Below are positions 17,714 through 29,806 of a DNA stretch of 64,000 bases, piece by piece. The stretch spans positions 64,001-128,000 of the forward strand of contig JBBRPR010000015.1 in NCBI GenBank assembly GCA_038227875.1. Reading direction: 5' to 3'. Position 1 is the first letter of the stretch. Each line of letters begins with the position of its first letter. Source of the stretch: Planctomycetota bacterium. Lineage in GTDB: Bacteria > Planctomycetota > SZUA-567 > H5-PLA8. The translations under genes and the position numbers were made by a program. The notes under the pieces were generated by a model. The model did no database searches, was not told the origin of the DNA, and saw only the letters and a list, made by a program, of their open reading frames with translations.

Positions 17714-19304
17714 ATGAATTCACGACTGAAAGTTAATGCCTTGAGATTCCTGACTGCCATGCTGTTCGTGGCGACGATTGGCTCCGCCGTCCGCGCCGCC
17801 GATGGTGCGGCCGCGGACTTCGAATCGCTGAAAAAGGAGATCGAGGAGCTCAAGAAAGACAACGCCGACATCAAGAAAGCCAACTCCGATCTCGCTGCGA
17901 AAATTGCGCCGACGAAATCCAGCTCTGCCGAGAAGGCGCTCGATACCAAGTACGGTCCGAATGCCTCAGTGATCACGAAGACCGGCAAGCTGCGTATCGG
18001 CGGACTGATTCAGGTCTGGTACTACAATGCTCAGAAGGACAACAACGGGCTCTTCCAGGACGCGGCGGGCAATGGTGTTTTCGATACCAACGAAGCGTCC
18101 GACAACAGCAGTTTCCGCATCCGCCGCACAGAAATGCGGTTTACGATGGACCTGACGGACAACATCACGTCGGTGGTGATGATCGACCCGGCGCGTGAAG
18201 CGCAGAGTTTTCCCGGCGTGCCGGACAATCAGTTTACGCAGAGTATTTTCAAGCGCACCGTCAACGCCAATCTGGCCAACGTTCAGAGCGGCGCGGGCAG
18301 CGCTCCACGCTTGCTTCAAGACGCGTACACCAACTTCCACAATTTTGTGCCGCACCATGATTTTCAGATCGGACAGTTCAAGCCGTTCATCGGCGAAGAA
18401 GGCATTCGCGCGAGCGCCGAACTTGATTTCGCGGAACGTTCGATGGTGGGCCAGCTGGCCGACAACCGCGACCTGGGCGCGGTCGCACACGGCGAATGGT
18501 GGCACGCCGATGGCAAGGGCGGCGGGCAGGTACAGTATTGGATTGGACTCTTCGATGGCGCGGGAAATCTGTATCAGTCCGGCGGCCAGGCGCAAAATCG
18601 AGCCGACGACAACGATCAGAAAGACTTTAACTATCGCTTCCTTGTTCGCCCATTCTGGAAACGCGACGCGTGCGATCAGTGGTGGGGCAGTTCTGGAACT
18701 GGGCGTCTCCGGCGAATTCGGCAAACACGGCGAAGCCGGCGGTCCGGATCCGGTCGACGCACCCGTCAATGGTCTCAACCGTCGCCGCACGTGGGCCAGC
18801 CGCCAGGATGCGTGGGGTTATTACGCGCCAGCCGGCGCGGTCAGCGGGCTGTGGTTCCGCGGTGAGTGGGAATGGCAGAAGGACCGCAACGCTCCGTCAT
18901 CGGTGATCGATCTGCTCGGCCAGGCTAACGCGGGCGATGGCACGCTGCAGACGAATGGGAAACCGTTCGCGTCGCAGGGCTTCTACGTGTCGACGGGCTA
19001 CAAGCTTTCACAGAGCAAACTGTTCTCGTGCGAATGCCCGGCCTGGTACAAGAATCTGGAATTCCTCTTCCGCTACGAGCAGTACCAGAACGTGGAAATC
19101 GCAGACCCGGCGAATCCCAGCCGCACGAATGTCTTCGAAACCAAGCTCTACACGGGCGGCATCAATTACTACATCGAGGGCAACACAAAGATTCAGTTGA
19201 ACTACAGCTCGATCCGCAATCCCGATGGTGGTTCGAGCGCGCCGTACACGTTTCACAATCCGCGCAACAATTTGTTCCTCGTGAACTTTCAGGTGGCTTT
19301 CTAA
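17714..19304 (+). pseudogene. Outer-membrane porin (OprO/OprP-like, anion-selective), split by a single-base frameshift near 18691
   Basis: Signal peptide + coiled coil, FRIRR.E, LLQDAY, IGQFKPF, F.ERS, RDLG in frame 1; FRYE, YTGGINYY and C-terminal NFQVAF in the next frame; removing one T at 18691-92 gives WWGSLELGVSG. Confidence 0.8.
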
Positions 19305-19362
19305 GCCTCGACCGCCGGGATGGCTGATTCATCCGTGGCCTAGTTAAACCAAGGAGTGTCCC

Positions 19363-20370
19363 ATGAAATCCCTGTCTTTGTTTCTCGCTACGCTGGCCCT
19401 CGTCGCGCTCACGCCTGTTCTGACGCGCGCTGCGGAGGTCACGCTGCTCAACGTTTCTTACGATCCGACCCGCGAGTTGTATCAGGATTACAACGCGGCT
19501 TTTGGCGCGTACTGGAAGAAAAAGACTGGCGACACGGTTGCCGTCAAGCAGTCGCACGGTGGCTCGGCCAAACAGGCGCGGTCGGTGATCGACGGCTTGG
19601 AAGCCGATGTCGTCACGCTGGGTTTGGCGTACGACATTGATGTCATCGCCGAAAAAGCGCAGTTGCTGCCGGTCGACTGGCAGAAGCGCAATCCCAACAA
19701 CAGTTCGCCGTACACCTCGACCATCGTGTTCCTGGTGCGCAAAGGCAATCCCAAGCAGATCAAGGATTGGGATGACCTGGTCAAGCCGGGGATTGAAGTG
19801 ATCACGCCGAATCCGAAGACGTCCGGCGGCGCGCGTTGGAACTATCTCGCCGCGTGGGGCTTCGCAGTCAAAAAGCAGGGCGCAGATGATGCGAAGGCGA
19901 AGGATTTTGTCACCGCGCTCTATAAAAACGTGCCGGTGCTCGACTCCGGCGCGCGCGGTTCGACGACGACGTTCACCGAACGCGGCATCGGCGACGTGCT
20001 GATCGCGTGGGAGAACGAGGCGTATCTGGCGCTGAAGGAACTGGGCAAGGACAAGGTTGAGATCGTCATCCCCAGCATCAGTATTCTCGCCGAACCTCCG
20101 GTGAGCGTGGTCGACAAGATCGCTCAGAAGAAGGGCACCGAAGCGGTCGCCAAGGCCTATGTCGAATACCTCTATAGTGAAGAAGGCCAGGAGATCGCCG
20201 CGCGCAATTTCTATCGTCCGCGCAACGAAGGCATCGCCTCGAAGCATGCCGATCAGTTCGCGAAACTGACGTTGTTCACGATCGACGATCTCTTCGGCGG
20301 TTGGCAGAAAGCGCAGAAGACGCACTTCGCCGATGGTGGACTGTTCGACCAGATCTATCAGCCAAAATAG
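19363..20370 (+). CDS. sbp: Sulfate ABC transporter substrate-binding protein
   Basis: [52 protein letters not shown]. Confidence 0.96.
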   Translation: MKSLSLFLATLALVALTPVLTRAAEVTLLNVSYDPTRELYQDYNAAFGAYWKKKTGDTVAVKQSHGGSAKQARSVIDGLEADVVTLGLAYDIDVIAEKAQLLPVDWQKRNPNNSSPYTSTIVFLVRKGNPKQIKDWDDLVKPGIEVITPNPKTSGGARWNYLAAWGFAVKKQGADDAKAKDFVTALYKNVPVLDSGARGSTTTFTERGIGDVLIAWENEAYLALKELGKDKVEIVIPSISILAEPPVSVVDKIAQKKGTEAVAKAYVEYLYSEEGQEIAARNFYRPRNEGIASKHADQFAKLTLFTIDDLFGGWQKAQKTHFADGGLFDQIYQPK

Positions 20371-20400
20371 GAGCAAAAGGACCGCGGAGGTTTCTCGGTT

Positions 20401-20443
20401 TTGAGCCTCGAGTTTTGACTGCGCAAGCAAAACGCGAAGCTCA
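20401..20443 (+). other. Stem-loop after sbp (possible mRNA stabiliser)
   Basis: ttgagc.tcg.gttttg ... caaaac.cga.gctcaa. Confidence 0.5.
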
Positions 20444-20541
20444 AGATACTCCTCGCCTCCGCGGCCCTGCCCGTCTTAAGTGCGATGTTTTTCGTGGCAT
20501 AAAAAGATCCATCAGACCGCACCCGCGGATGAGGCAAGGAC

Positions 20542-21387
20542 ATGAAACTGAAAGACCGCAGCATTCTTCCCGGTTTTCGTTGGACGTTGGCGTTCACGTT
20601 GTTTTATCTCTCGCTGATCGTCCTGATTCCGCTCTCCGCCACGTTTTTGAAGTCCATGACCGGCACGTGGGCGCATTTCTGGGACGCCATTTCCAACGCG
20701 CGCGTTGTGGCCTCCTTCAAAATCAGTTTCATCTGCTCGTTCGCTGCGGCGATCATTAATCTGATCTTCGGACTGCTCGTAGCGTGGGTGCTCGTCCGCT
20801 ACAAATTTCCCGGCCGCGCGATCGCCGATGCGATCATCGATCTGCCATTCGCGCTGCCCACCGCGGTGGCCGGCATCGCGCTGGTCACGCTCTACGCGCC
20901 GAAAGGTTTGATCGGCAGCCGATTGCAACCGCTGCTCACGCCGTTGGGCTGGAAGCTCGCCTACTCGCCCATCGGGATCACGCTGGCGCTCGTCTTCATC
21001 GGTCTTCCATTCGTGGTCCGCACAGTCCAACCGGTGCTGCAGGATCTCGATCTGGAAGTGGAGGAAGCCGCATCCAGTCTCGGCGCGACGCGCTGGCAGA
21101 CATTCTGGCGCGTAATCATTCCGTCGCTGACGCCTGCGCTGCTGACGGGCTTCGCGCTCTCGTTTGCCCGGTCGCTGGGTGAGTACGGTTCGGTCGTCTT
21201 CATCTCCGGCAACATGCCGATGAAGACCGAAATCGTCCCGCTGATCATCATCACCAAGCTGGAGGAATACGATTACACCGGCGCGACAGCGATCGCCGTG
21301 GTGATGCTCTTGATTTCATTCGTGCTGCTCCTGCTGATCAATTATTTGCAGGCTTGGAGCGGCCGCCACTTAAGCGCGAAGAACTAG
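20542..21387 (+). CDS. cysT: Sulfate ABC transporter permease CysT
   Basis: DLPFALPTAVAG, LPFVVRTVQP, EEAA.SLGA, RSLGEYGSV. Confidence 0.95.
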   Translation: MKLKDRSILPGFRWTLAFTLFYLSLIVLIPLSATFLKSMTGTWAHFWDAISNARVVASFKISFICSFAAAIINLIFGLLVAWVLVRYKFPGRAIADAIIDLPFALPTAVAGIALVTLYAPKGLIGSRLQPLLTPLGWKLAYSPIGITLALVFIGLPFVVRTVQPVLQDLDLEVEEAASSLGATRWQTFWRVIIPSLTPALLTGFALSFARSLGEYGSVVFISGNMPMKTEIVPLIIITKLEEYDYTGATAIAVVMLLISFVLLLLINYLQAWSGRHLSAKN

Positions 21388-21397
21388 GAGCCCAATC

Positions 21398-22264
21398 ATG
21401 CACGGAGGTTCACTCACTTCGGCGGCGCTGGGCTCAGGCAAGCGTCGTACCACGACTGAAAGCGGCCCGATCAAATGGCTGCTGATCACCATCGCCATGC
21501 TGTTCTTGTTAATCATTCTGGTGCTGCCCATCGGCATCGTCTTCAGCGAAGCGCTGGCGAAAGGATTTTCCACTTACACCAAGGCGTTGCAGGACGCAGA
21601 CACGTGGTCGTCGATCCGTCTGACGTTGATCGCGGCGGGCATCGCCGTTCCGCTGAACCTGGTCTTCGGCGTCGCGGCGGCATGGGCGATCGCCAAGTTC
21701 AATTTCTTCGGCAAGAATTTTCTGCTGACGCTGATCGATCTTCCGTTCTCCGTCTCCCCGGTGATCTCCGGACTGATCTACGTGCTGATGTTCGGCCTGC
21801 AAGGCTGGATGGGCGGTTGGCTGCGCGATCACGATTTGAAGATCATTTTCGCGGTGCCGGGCATCGTGCTGGCCACGATCTTCGTCACGTTTCCCTTCGT
21901 GGCGCGCGAGCTGATTCCGCTGATGGAAGCGCAGGGCAAGGAGGAAGAGGAAGCGGCGATCGTGCTCGGCGCGAATGGCTGGCAGACGTTTTTTCGCGTG
22001 ACGCTGCCGAACATCAAATGGGGGCTGCTCTATGGCGTGATCCTTTGCAATGCCCGCGCGATGGGTGAATTCGGCGCGGTGTCGGTGGTCTCCGGCCACA
22101 TCCGCGGGCTCACCAACACGATGCCGTTGCATATTGAAATTCTTTACAACGAATACAATTTCGCCGCCGCGTTCGCTGTCGCGTCGCTGCTGGCATTGCT
22201 GGCTGTCGTAACCTTGATCTTGAAGAAAATCGTCGAGTGGCGCGCTGGAGAGAGCGAACAATGA
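21398..22264 (+). CDS. cysW: Sulfate ABC transporter permease CysW
   Basis: [37 protein letters not shown]. Confidence 0.95.
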   Translation: MHGGSLTSAALGSGKRRTTTESGPIKWLLITIAMLFLLIILVLPIGIVFSEALAKGFSTYTKALQDADTWSSIRLTLIAAGIAVPLNLVFGVAAAWAIAKFNFFGKNFLLTLIDLPFSVSPVISGLIYVLMFGLQGWMGGWLRDHDLKIIFAVPGIVLATIFVTFPFVARELIPLMEAQGKEEEEAAIVLGANGWQTFFRVTLPNIKWGLLYGVILCNARAMGEFGAVSVVSGHIRGLTNTMPLHIEILYNEYNFAAAFAVASLLALLAVVTLILKKIVEWRAGESEQ

Positions 22265-23349
22265 GTATCGAAGTCGCAAACATTACCAAGACGTTTGGCG
22301 CGTTCTCAGCGCTCAACAATGTCAGCCTGACCGTGCCAACCGGAGAGCTCGTCGCGCTGCTCGGTCCGTCGGGCTCCGGCAAGACGACGTTGCTGCGCAT
22401 CATCGCGGGGTTGGAACATCAGGACGCTGGCTCCGTCAATTTTTACGGCGAAGATACGTCCAACGTTCACGTGCGCGACCGCAATGTCGGCTTTGTCTTT
22501 CAACATTACGCGCTCTTCCGCCATATGAGCGTCTTTGAGAACATCGCTTTCGGTCTGCGGGTCCGGCCCCGCGACCGGCGACCGTCGGAGGCGGAAATTC
22601 AGGAGCGGGTGATGAAGCTCCTGCGGCTGGTCCAACTTGAAAATCTCGCGCAGCGCTATCCTTCGCAGCTCTCCGGCGGGCAGCGGCAGCGCGTAGCGCT
22701 CGCCCGGGCACTGGCCGTCGAGCCGAAAGTGCTGCTGCTCGACGAACCCTTCGGCGCGCTCGACGCAAAAGTGCGCAAGGAACTGCGCACCTGGCTGCGC
22801 CGGTTGCATGATGAGATCAGCGTCACCAGCGTGTTCGTCACGCACGATCAGGAAGAAGCTCTCGAAGTTTCCGACCGTGTCGTGGTAATGAACGCGGGAA
22901 AAATCGAGCAGGCTGGAACGCCGGAGGAGGTCTACACGCATCCGGCGACGCCGTTCGTCTACAACTTCCTCGGCAATGTGAATATTTTTCACGGCCGCGT
23001 CGCCGACGGGAAAGTTCAGATCGGCGAAATGTCCGTGCCGCTGACGTCCAGTGCGCACGGCGCGCTGCAGAATGGCAACAGCGGGGAGGACAAAGCCGCG
23101 GTCTTTATCCGGCCTCATCTGCTGGACCTGACGCGCGTGCCTGACGGCAAGACCAACTTCAAGGCGACGGTTTCGCACATCAACCCCGCCGGGCCGCTGG
23201 TCCGCGTGGAGTTGACCAGCGATGGCAAGGATTCGATTCTCGTCGAGCTGCCGCAGGACCGGTACCGCGAATTGAGCGTCAAAAAGGGCGACGAAATCTA
23301 CGTGCGGCCCAAGGAGATGAAAGTCTTCTCGGAGGATTATTCGATTTAG
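22261..23349 (+). CDS. cysA: Sulfate ABC transporter ATPase CysA
   Basis: [34 protein letters not shown]-terminal TOBE. Confidence 0.95.
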   Translation: MSIEVANITKTFGAFSALNNVSLTVPTGELVALLGPSGSGKTTLLRIIAGLEHQDAGSVNFYGEDTSNVHVRDRNVGFVFQHYALFRHMSVFENIAFGLRVRPRDRRPSEAEIQERVMKLLRLVQLENLAQRYPSQLSGGQRQRVALARALAVEPKVLLLDEPFGALDAKVRKELRTWLRRLHDEISVTSVFVTHDQEEALEVSDRVVVMNAGKIEQAGTPEEVYTHPATPFVYNFLGNVNIFHGRVADGKVQIGEMSVPLTSSAHGALQNGNSGEDKAAVFIRPHLLDLTRVPDGKTNFKATVSHINPAGPLVRVELTSDGKDSILVELPQDRYRELSVKKGDEIYVRPKEMKVFSEDYSI

Positions 23350-23445
23350 GCGCAGGCAAATTCCAGTTGTCGTCACGCTTGAAAGGCACTATCCCTTAGC
23401 GCTTCCAAAAAGCGCATTTTAATAATTAAGGGAGCGACGCGAACG

Positions 23446-24552
23446 ATGAGTGCTCTGCCTCCGAAAGCGGAATTAAAGGCCAGGCTCAACGGATTTCGGG
23501 AGATCATGCACCGCCGCAACATTTCGTCGGCGCTGATCACCAACGAAGAAAACGTCCGCTACCTTTCCGGTTTCACCGGCGGCGATAGCGCCCTGCTGAT
23601 TACCAAGAATAAGAAATTCATTCTCACCGATTTCCGCTTTATCGAAGAAGCTCAGAACACCGCCAAAGGCTTCAAGATCACGCTGGAACCGCGCGGCATC
23701 ATGGAAAAGGCCGCGGCACTGGCGAAGAAACTGCGCCAGCGGCGGCTGGCCGTCGAGCCTGGCAATCTGCGCATGGTCGATGTCAAAGCACTGCGCAAAT
23801 TCGCGCGTGGCATCAAGATCGTGCCTGAAAATGCAATGGTCGGAGAACTGCGGCTTTTCAAGAGCCCCTGGGAAGTCGCACAGATCGAGAAGGGCGTGCG
23901 CATCCAGGAATTGTGCTTTCAACAGCTGTGCGAGGGCCTTCGGGACGGCATTTCGGAACGCGAAGCCGCCGCGTACCTGCGCTTCTTAATGGTAAAGGCG
24001 GGGGCCGACGACCAGGCGTTCCAGGTCATGTTTCAGATCGGCAACCACTCCAGTTTGCCGCATGGACGGCCTACGATGCGCACCTTAAAGGGGGATGCCA
24101 TCATCCTCTGCGACTGGGGCGCGAAAGTAAACGGCTACCACTCCGACTTGACGCGCACATTCTTCATCGGTAGGATTCCGCCTCAATTACGCCACATCCA
24201 CGGCCTCGTGTTGGAAGCGCAACGTCAAGCCATTGAACGGATTGCGCCGGGTGTTGAATTCGTGACCGTGGACAAGGCGGCGCGGGACGTGATCGCCAAG
24301 GCCGGATTTGGCAAGCAGTTCGGGCACTCAACAGGGCATGGCGTGGGATTGGACATCCACGAGCAGCCGTCCCTGTCGATGCGCGCGGAAGGCGTGCTGC
24401 AACCGGGGATGGTAGTGACCGTTGAGCCGGGGATTTACCTGCCCGGCGTCGGCGGCGTGCGCATTGAAGACGATGTGCTCGTCACCGAAAACGGGTACCG
24501 GGTTCTGAGCCGACTCAGCCGGAACCTACGCTGGAACGGCGAAAACAGCTGA
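23446..24552 (+). CDS. Xaa-Pro aminopeptidase (M24 family)
   Basis: RYLSGF.G, D.G....GY.SDLTRT, HSTGHGVG, EPGIY, GVRIEDD. Confidence 0.93.
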   Translation: MSALPPKAELKARLNGFREIMHRRNISSALITNEENVRYLSGFTGGDSALLITKNKKFILTDFRFIEEAQNTAKGFKITLEPRGIMEKAAALAKKLRQRRLAVEPGNLRMVDVKALRKFARGIKIVPENAMVGELRLFKSPWEVAQIEKGVRIQELCFQQLCEGLRDGISEREAAAYLRFLMVKAGADDQAFQVMFQIGNHSSLPHGRPTMRTLKGDAIILCDWGAKVNGYHSDLTRTFFIGRIPPQLRHIHGLVLEAQRQAIERIAPGVEFVTVDKAARDVIAKAGFGKQFGHSTGHGVGLDIHEQPSLSMRAEGVLQPGMVVTVEPGIYLPGVGGVRIEDDVLVTENGYRVLSRLSRNLRWNGENS

Positions 24553-24660
24553 CGTGCAGTACTGGACTAAGAGTTGGGCGGGAACCACCCGAAGTCTCCT
24601 GACGTGCTGTAATGGAGAGGGCAGGGTGGAGGGACTACGCAGAGGCTTGCCAAGGATCGC

Positions 24661-25113
<453 letters not shown>

Positions 25114-25205
25114 GGAATTAAAAATCAAAAGTTAAACGTGGCGCGCCCTGTGTCCGCGCCGCGAAAAGGTTTAATTTTTAATTTTTAGTTTGGAATCCAT
25201 TCACC

Positions 25206-26570
25206 ATGTTCTCCAGAATTCTGATCGCCAACCGCGGCGAAATCGCGCTGCGCATCATCCGCACCTGCAAACGGCTCAACATTGAGACCGTCGTCGTCTA
25301 CTCGCAGGCCGACAAGGACGCCGTCTACCTCAAGCTCGCCGACCGCGCCATCTGCATCGGACCGCCGCCGGCGCGCGAAAGCTACCTCAAGATCAACAAC
25401 ATCATCGCCGCCGCGGAGATCACCGACGTCGAAGCGATCCACCCCGGCTACGGATTCTTAAGCGAAAACGCGCATTTCGCGGAAGTCTGCCGCGCGTGCA
25501 AAATCGCCTTCATCGGACCGCCGACGCAGGCGATCGAAAAGCTCGGCGACAAGATCAGCGCCAAGCAGATCGCCAAGCTCGCCGGCGTGCCGACCGTGCC
25601 CGGTTCTGAAGGCGCACTCGACAATGTCGATGCGGCGCTGAAGATCGCCAACCAGATCGGCTATCCCGTGCTGCTCAAAGCCGCCTCCGGCGGCGGCGGA
25701 CGCGGCATGCGCGTGAGCCACACCGAAGTTTCGCTGCGCGCCAATTTCTCCCAGGCGAAAAACGAAGCCGAGGCTGCGTTTGGCGACGGCACGCTGTACA
25801 TGGAGAAGTTCATCGAATCGGCGCGCCACATCGAAGTCCAGATCCTGGGCGACGACAACGGCACCGTGCTCCATCTCGGTGAGCGTGATTGCACGGTCCA
25901 GCGCCGCAACCAGAAATTGATTGAAGAATCGCCGTCGGGCGCGCCGGGTTTCGACAAGCGACTGCGCTACGACATTCAGATGGCCGCGGTGAAACTGATG
26001 AAGGCCGCCAAGTACACCAACGCCGGCACGGTTGAATTCATCTTCGACAACAAGCAGCGCAAATTCTATTTCATGGAAGTGAACACGCGGCTGCAGGTCG
26101 AACATCCGGTGACCGAAATGGTGACGGGGCTGGATCTGGTCGAAGAACAGTTGCGCATCGCCAGCGGCGAAAAGCTGCGCTGGCGCCAGAAGGATATCGA
26201 TCAGCGCCTGAAGATGGGCGGACACGCGATCGAGTGCCGCATCAACGCCGAAGATCCGCGCCGCAAGTTCGCGCCATCGCCGGGCAAGATCGGCATGTTC
26301 TCCTCGCCGGCCGGTGAACGCATTCGCATGGATTCGCATATCTATTCCGGCTACACCGTGCCGCCGAACTACGATTCGATGCTGGCCAAGCTGATCGTCC
26401 ACGGCACTGACCGCCTGGATGCCGTCGGCCGCATGCGCGGGGCGCTCGACCAGCTGGTGCTCGAAGGCGTTTCGACGACGGTTCCGTTCCTGCGCGAGAT
26501 TTTCGGCCACGTGAAGTTTGTCGCCGGCGCGTACGACACCTCGTTCGTCGCCAGCGAGATGGGGCTGTAA
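25206..26570 (+). CDS. accC: Biotin carboxylase
   Basis: LIANRGEIA, HPGYGFLSEN, GGGGRGMR, EVNTRLQVEHPVTE, YDSMLAKL. Confidence 0.97.
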   Translation: MFSRILIANRGEIALRIIRTCKRLNIETVVVYSQADKDAVYLKLADRAICIGPPPARESYLKINNIIAAAEITDVEAIHPGYGFLSENAHFAEVCRACKIAFIGPPTQAIEKLGDKISAKQIAKLAGVPTVPGSEGALDNVDAALKIANQIGYPVLLKAASGGGGRGMRVSHTEVSLRANFSQAKNEAEAAFGDGTLYMEKFIESARHIEVQILGDDNGTVLHLGERDCTVQRRNQKLIEESPSGAPGFDKRLRYDIQMAAVKLMKAAKYTNAGTVEFIFDNKQRKFYFMEVNTRLQVEHPVTEMVTGLDLVEEQLRIASGEKLRWRQKDIDQRLKMGGHAIECRINAEDPRRKFAPSPGKIGMFSSPAGERIRMDSHIYSGYTVPPNYDSMLAKLIVHGTDRLDAVGRMRGALDQLVLEGVSTTVPFLREIFGHVKFVAGAYDTSFVASEMGL

Positions 26571-26603
26571 AGCCGCTCACGAAAATTCCGGAAGAAATAA
26601 AAA

Positions 26604-26633
26604 CGGCGCCGCGGATCGAAATCCGCGGCGCCG
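26604..26633 (+). terminator. GC-rich hairpin after accC
   Basis: cggcgccgcggat-cgaa-atccgcggcgccg; no long U tract on the + strand. Confidence 0.6.
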
Positions 26634-27045
26634 AGTCATTTAACTTCATCGCCGCCGTTCACACTCTTCACGTTCAAGACGACTAGGTCCAAACAATCGT
26701 TCACGGTTTTGACGTGGCGTTCTCGCAGATCGCGGAGTTGGTGCACTTCCATGAGATAAATGCGGTTTTCTTTTTTTCGCGACGGTGGGTTGCTTCATCG
26801 AGCGTGCGGCCTGATCGCGGCAGCGCCGCGGCAAGAATCCCTTTTTGATACAAGGTTGGAAATAAAAGCGCGCGATTTTTCAAAGCGTGGCGGGTGCAGT
26901 TGCGAAGTGCGACGAGCGTGCTATGTTAGCGAAAGGTTTGGGGCGAAAAGTTCTCGCAACAGACTCATGAGATTCGAGCGGAATGAGTCGGTGAAACGCA
27001 GGAAAAAAGAATGTGCGTAAATTGCGCGCGTTTTTTGATCCATGC

Positions 27046-27073
27046 TTGACACACACGCCGGGTTCCATATAGT
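27046..27073 (+). promoter_or_regulatory. Sigma70 promoter for tRNA-Thr/tuf
   Basis: TTGACA-N16-TATAGT, 22 nt upstream of the tRNA. Confidence 0.65.
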
Positions 27074-27095
27074 CATCGCCTTGCCCTTGCCGGGC

Positions 27096-27171
27096 GCTGC
27101 GATAGCTCAGCTGGTAGAGCACGTCCTTGGTAAGGACGAGGTCTTGGGTTCAATTCCCAATCGCAGCTCCA
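27096..27171 (+). tRNA. tRNA-Thr(GGT)
   Basis: GCTGCGA/TCGCAGC acceptor stem, CGTCC-TTGGTAA-GGACG anticodon arm, GGTTCAATTCC, encoded CCA. Confidence 0.97.
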
Positions 27172-27406
27172 TTTGCTTCCGCGACGCAATGCATCAACGC
27201 GGAATTGGATGGAAGGACAGTGGCGAGACGGCAAAAGAACGCAACGCGCTTTGCCGCGCGAAGTACTCTCGGCATCCAGTAGCTTGCGACTGGGATGCGG
27301 AGGGGGCTTTGTCCAAAATGGGACAAAGCTTTTGTCATTTTAACATCGATCCACTTGCGGACTCGTCGGGAAAACGGCGCAGACTGTAGAAAACAGGAGA
27401 GCAGAG

Positions 27407-28627
<1,221 letters not shown>

Positions 28628-28640
28628 ACACCAACGGTGT

Positions 28641-28668
28641 GCGGAGTCCGGATCAATCCGGACTCCGC
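28641..28668 (+). other. Perfect 13-bp hairpin after tuf
   Basis: gcggagtccggat-ca-atccggactccgc, no U tract. Confidence 0.6.
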
Positions 28669-28702
28669 GCCAACCGTGCAGAACAGATGAACGGACAGGA
28701 CG

Positions 28703-28852
28703 ATGAGAGAAGCGATTATTCTGGAATGTTCCGAGTGCAAAGGTCGTAACTACATGACCACTCTGGACACGCGCGGCGGCAAGAAGCTGGAACTGAAGAA
28801 GTACTGCAAGCGCTGCTGCAAACACCAGCCGCACAAGTCGCGCAAGACCTGA
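28703..28852 (+). CDS. rpmG: 50S ribosomal protein L33 (zinc-binding form), absent from the ORF track
   Basis: Hand translation MREAIILECSECKGRNYMTTLDTRGGKKLELKKYCKRCCKHQPHKSRKT; position between tuf and tRNA-Trp/secE. Confidence 0.95.
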   Translation: MREAIILECSECKGRNYMTTLDTRGGKKLELKKYCKRCCKHQPHKSRKT

Positions 28853-29019
28853 GGCGCCTGCTGTTGCTGGGTAGGTTGTAGATGTACAATTTTGGAAATT
28901 GTTTTTGGATTCTGGCCGGGAGTCGGTAAGCTTTACGTCCGTTTTGAGTTGGAATGATGCGGACGCTGTAAAGCTCATCTGAATTTTCGGACTTCCCGGA
29001 ATGCACACTCAATTCATAC

Positions 29020-29095
29020 AGGAGCGTAGCTCAATTGGCAGAGCAGCCGTCTCCAAAGCGGCAGGTTGGGGGTTCAAGTCCCTCCGCTCCTGCCA
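29020..29095 (+). tRNA. tRNA-Trp(CCA)
   Basis: AGGAGCG/CGCTCCT acceptor, GCCGT-CTCCAAA-GCGGC anticodon arm, TTCAAGT T loop, encoded CCA. Confidence 0.97.
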
Positions 29096-29167
29096 ATAGC
29101 CGAAGTTAGGCGACGCTACGCAGCGCATTTTGGTATCTTCGAAAAGAGATCTGTGAAAGAAGACAAG

Positions 29168-29743
29168 ATGTCAACAGCCGTTACAGCAGCCGGAACCACC
29201 GGCACCGGTGGCGATGCACGCAAGACATCGCCCTCACCCGACGGGCCTCAGCCGGAAGGCTTCCAGGTCTACAAGCCGGGTGAAGGTTACACCACGCGCA
29301 TCGGAATGATGGGCGTTGTGGCGGCCTACGTCGGCTTCGCGGCCTGGCACTGGTACTACAACTGGGTGTTCGTCCGAGATTTCGTCGACGACATCTTCAC
29401 CGGCATGAATCTGGCCAAGCTCACGCGCTGGATGCTCGATCCGGGTGCGTCGTCGGTGCTGGGCATCGGCGGCACGATCCTGATTGTGGCACTGGGTGCG
29501 CTGTCGGGGTTCTTCCTGATCTACGTCAAGAAGGGCACCGCCGAATACCTGATCAAGACGGACACGGAACTCCACAAGGTCACGTGGCCCAAGATTACGC
29601 CTTGGTTCAAGTCCGACACGCTGGTCTGGGGTTCGACCTACGTGGTGTTGATTGTCGTGGTGGCGATGACCGTGTACGTCTTCGGTGTCGACATGATTTT
29701 GCAGCGAATCAGTCAGTGGCTCTTCTACGGAACGTCCCGTTAG
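29168..29743 (+). CDS. secE: Preprotein translocase SecE (long, three-TM form)
   Basis: YLIKTDTELHKVTWP core before the last TM; YKPGEG..TR N-terminal motif; synteny. Confidence 0.9.
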   Translation: MSTAVTAAGTTGTGGDARKTSPSPDGPQPEGFQVYKPGEGYTTRIGMMGVVAAYVGFAAWHWYYNWVFVRDFVDDIFTGMNLAKLTRWMLDPGASSVLGIGGTILIVALGALSGFFLIYVKKGTAEYLIKTDTELHKVTWPKITPWFKSDTLVWGSTYVVLIVVVAMTVYVFGVDMILQRISQWLFYGTSR

Positions 29744-29806
29744 GCCAGGTCTGAGACAGTTTGGAATGGCCGGATAACCGGCAATCGGCGGGTGTGATTG
29801 ATACGA

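Noticed and set aside
21398..21408. 11-nt identity (atgcacggagg) between the cysW start and 16572-82
   Set aside because: The cysW copy cannot form the hairpin; too short to support alone.
24553..24660. Remnant of efp between the M24 peptidase and accB
   Set aside because: The gap is only about 108 nt with no EF-P-like sequence; the gene is simply absent here.
26640..27045. Possible tRNA remnants or sRNA upstream of tRNA-Thr
   Set aside because: No cloverleaf or T-loop consensus found; only short hairpins.
29020..29095. tRNA-Trp with a U31-G39 pair as a possible UGA read-through tRNA
   Set aside because: The 27-43 pair and D stem are normal, and TGA ends conserved genes (accB, rpmG, proA) at the expected lengths.
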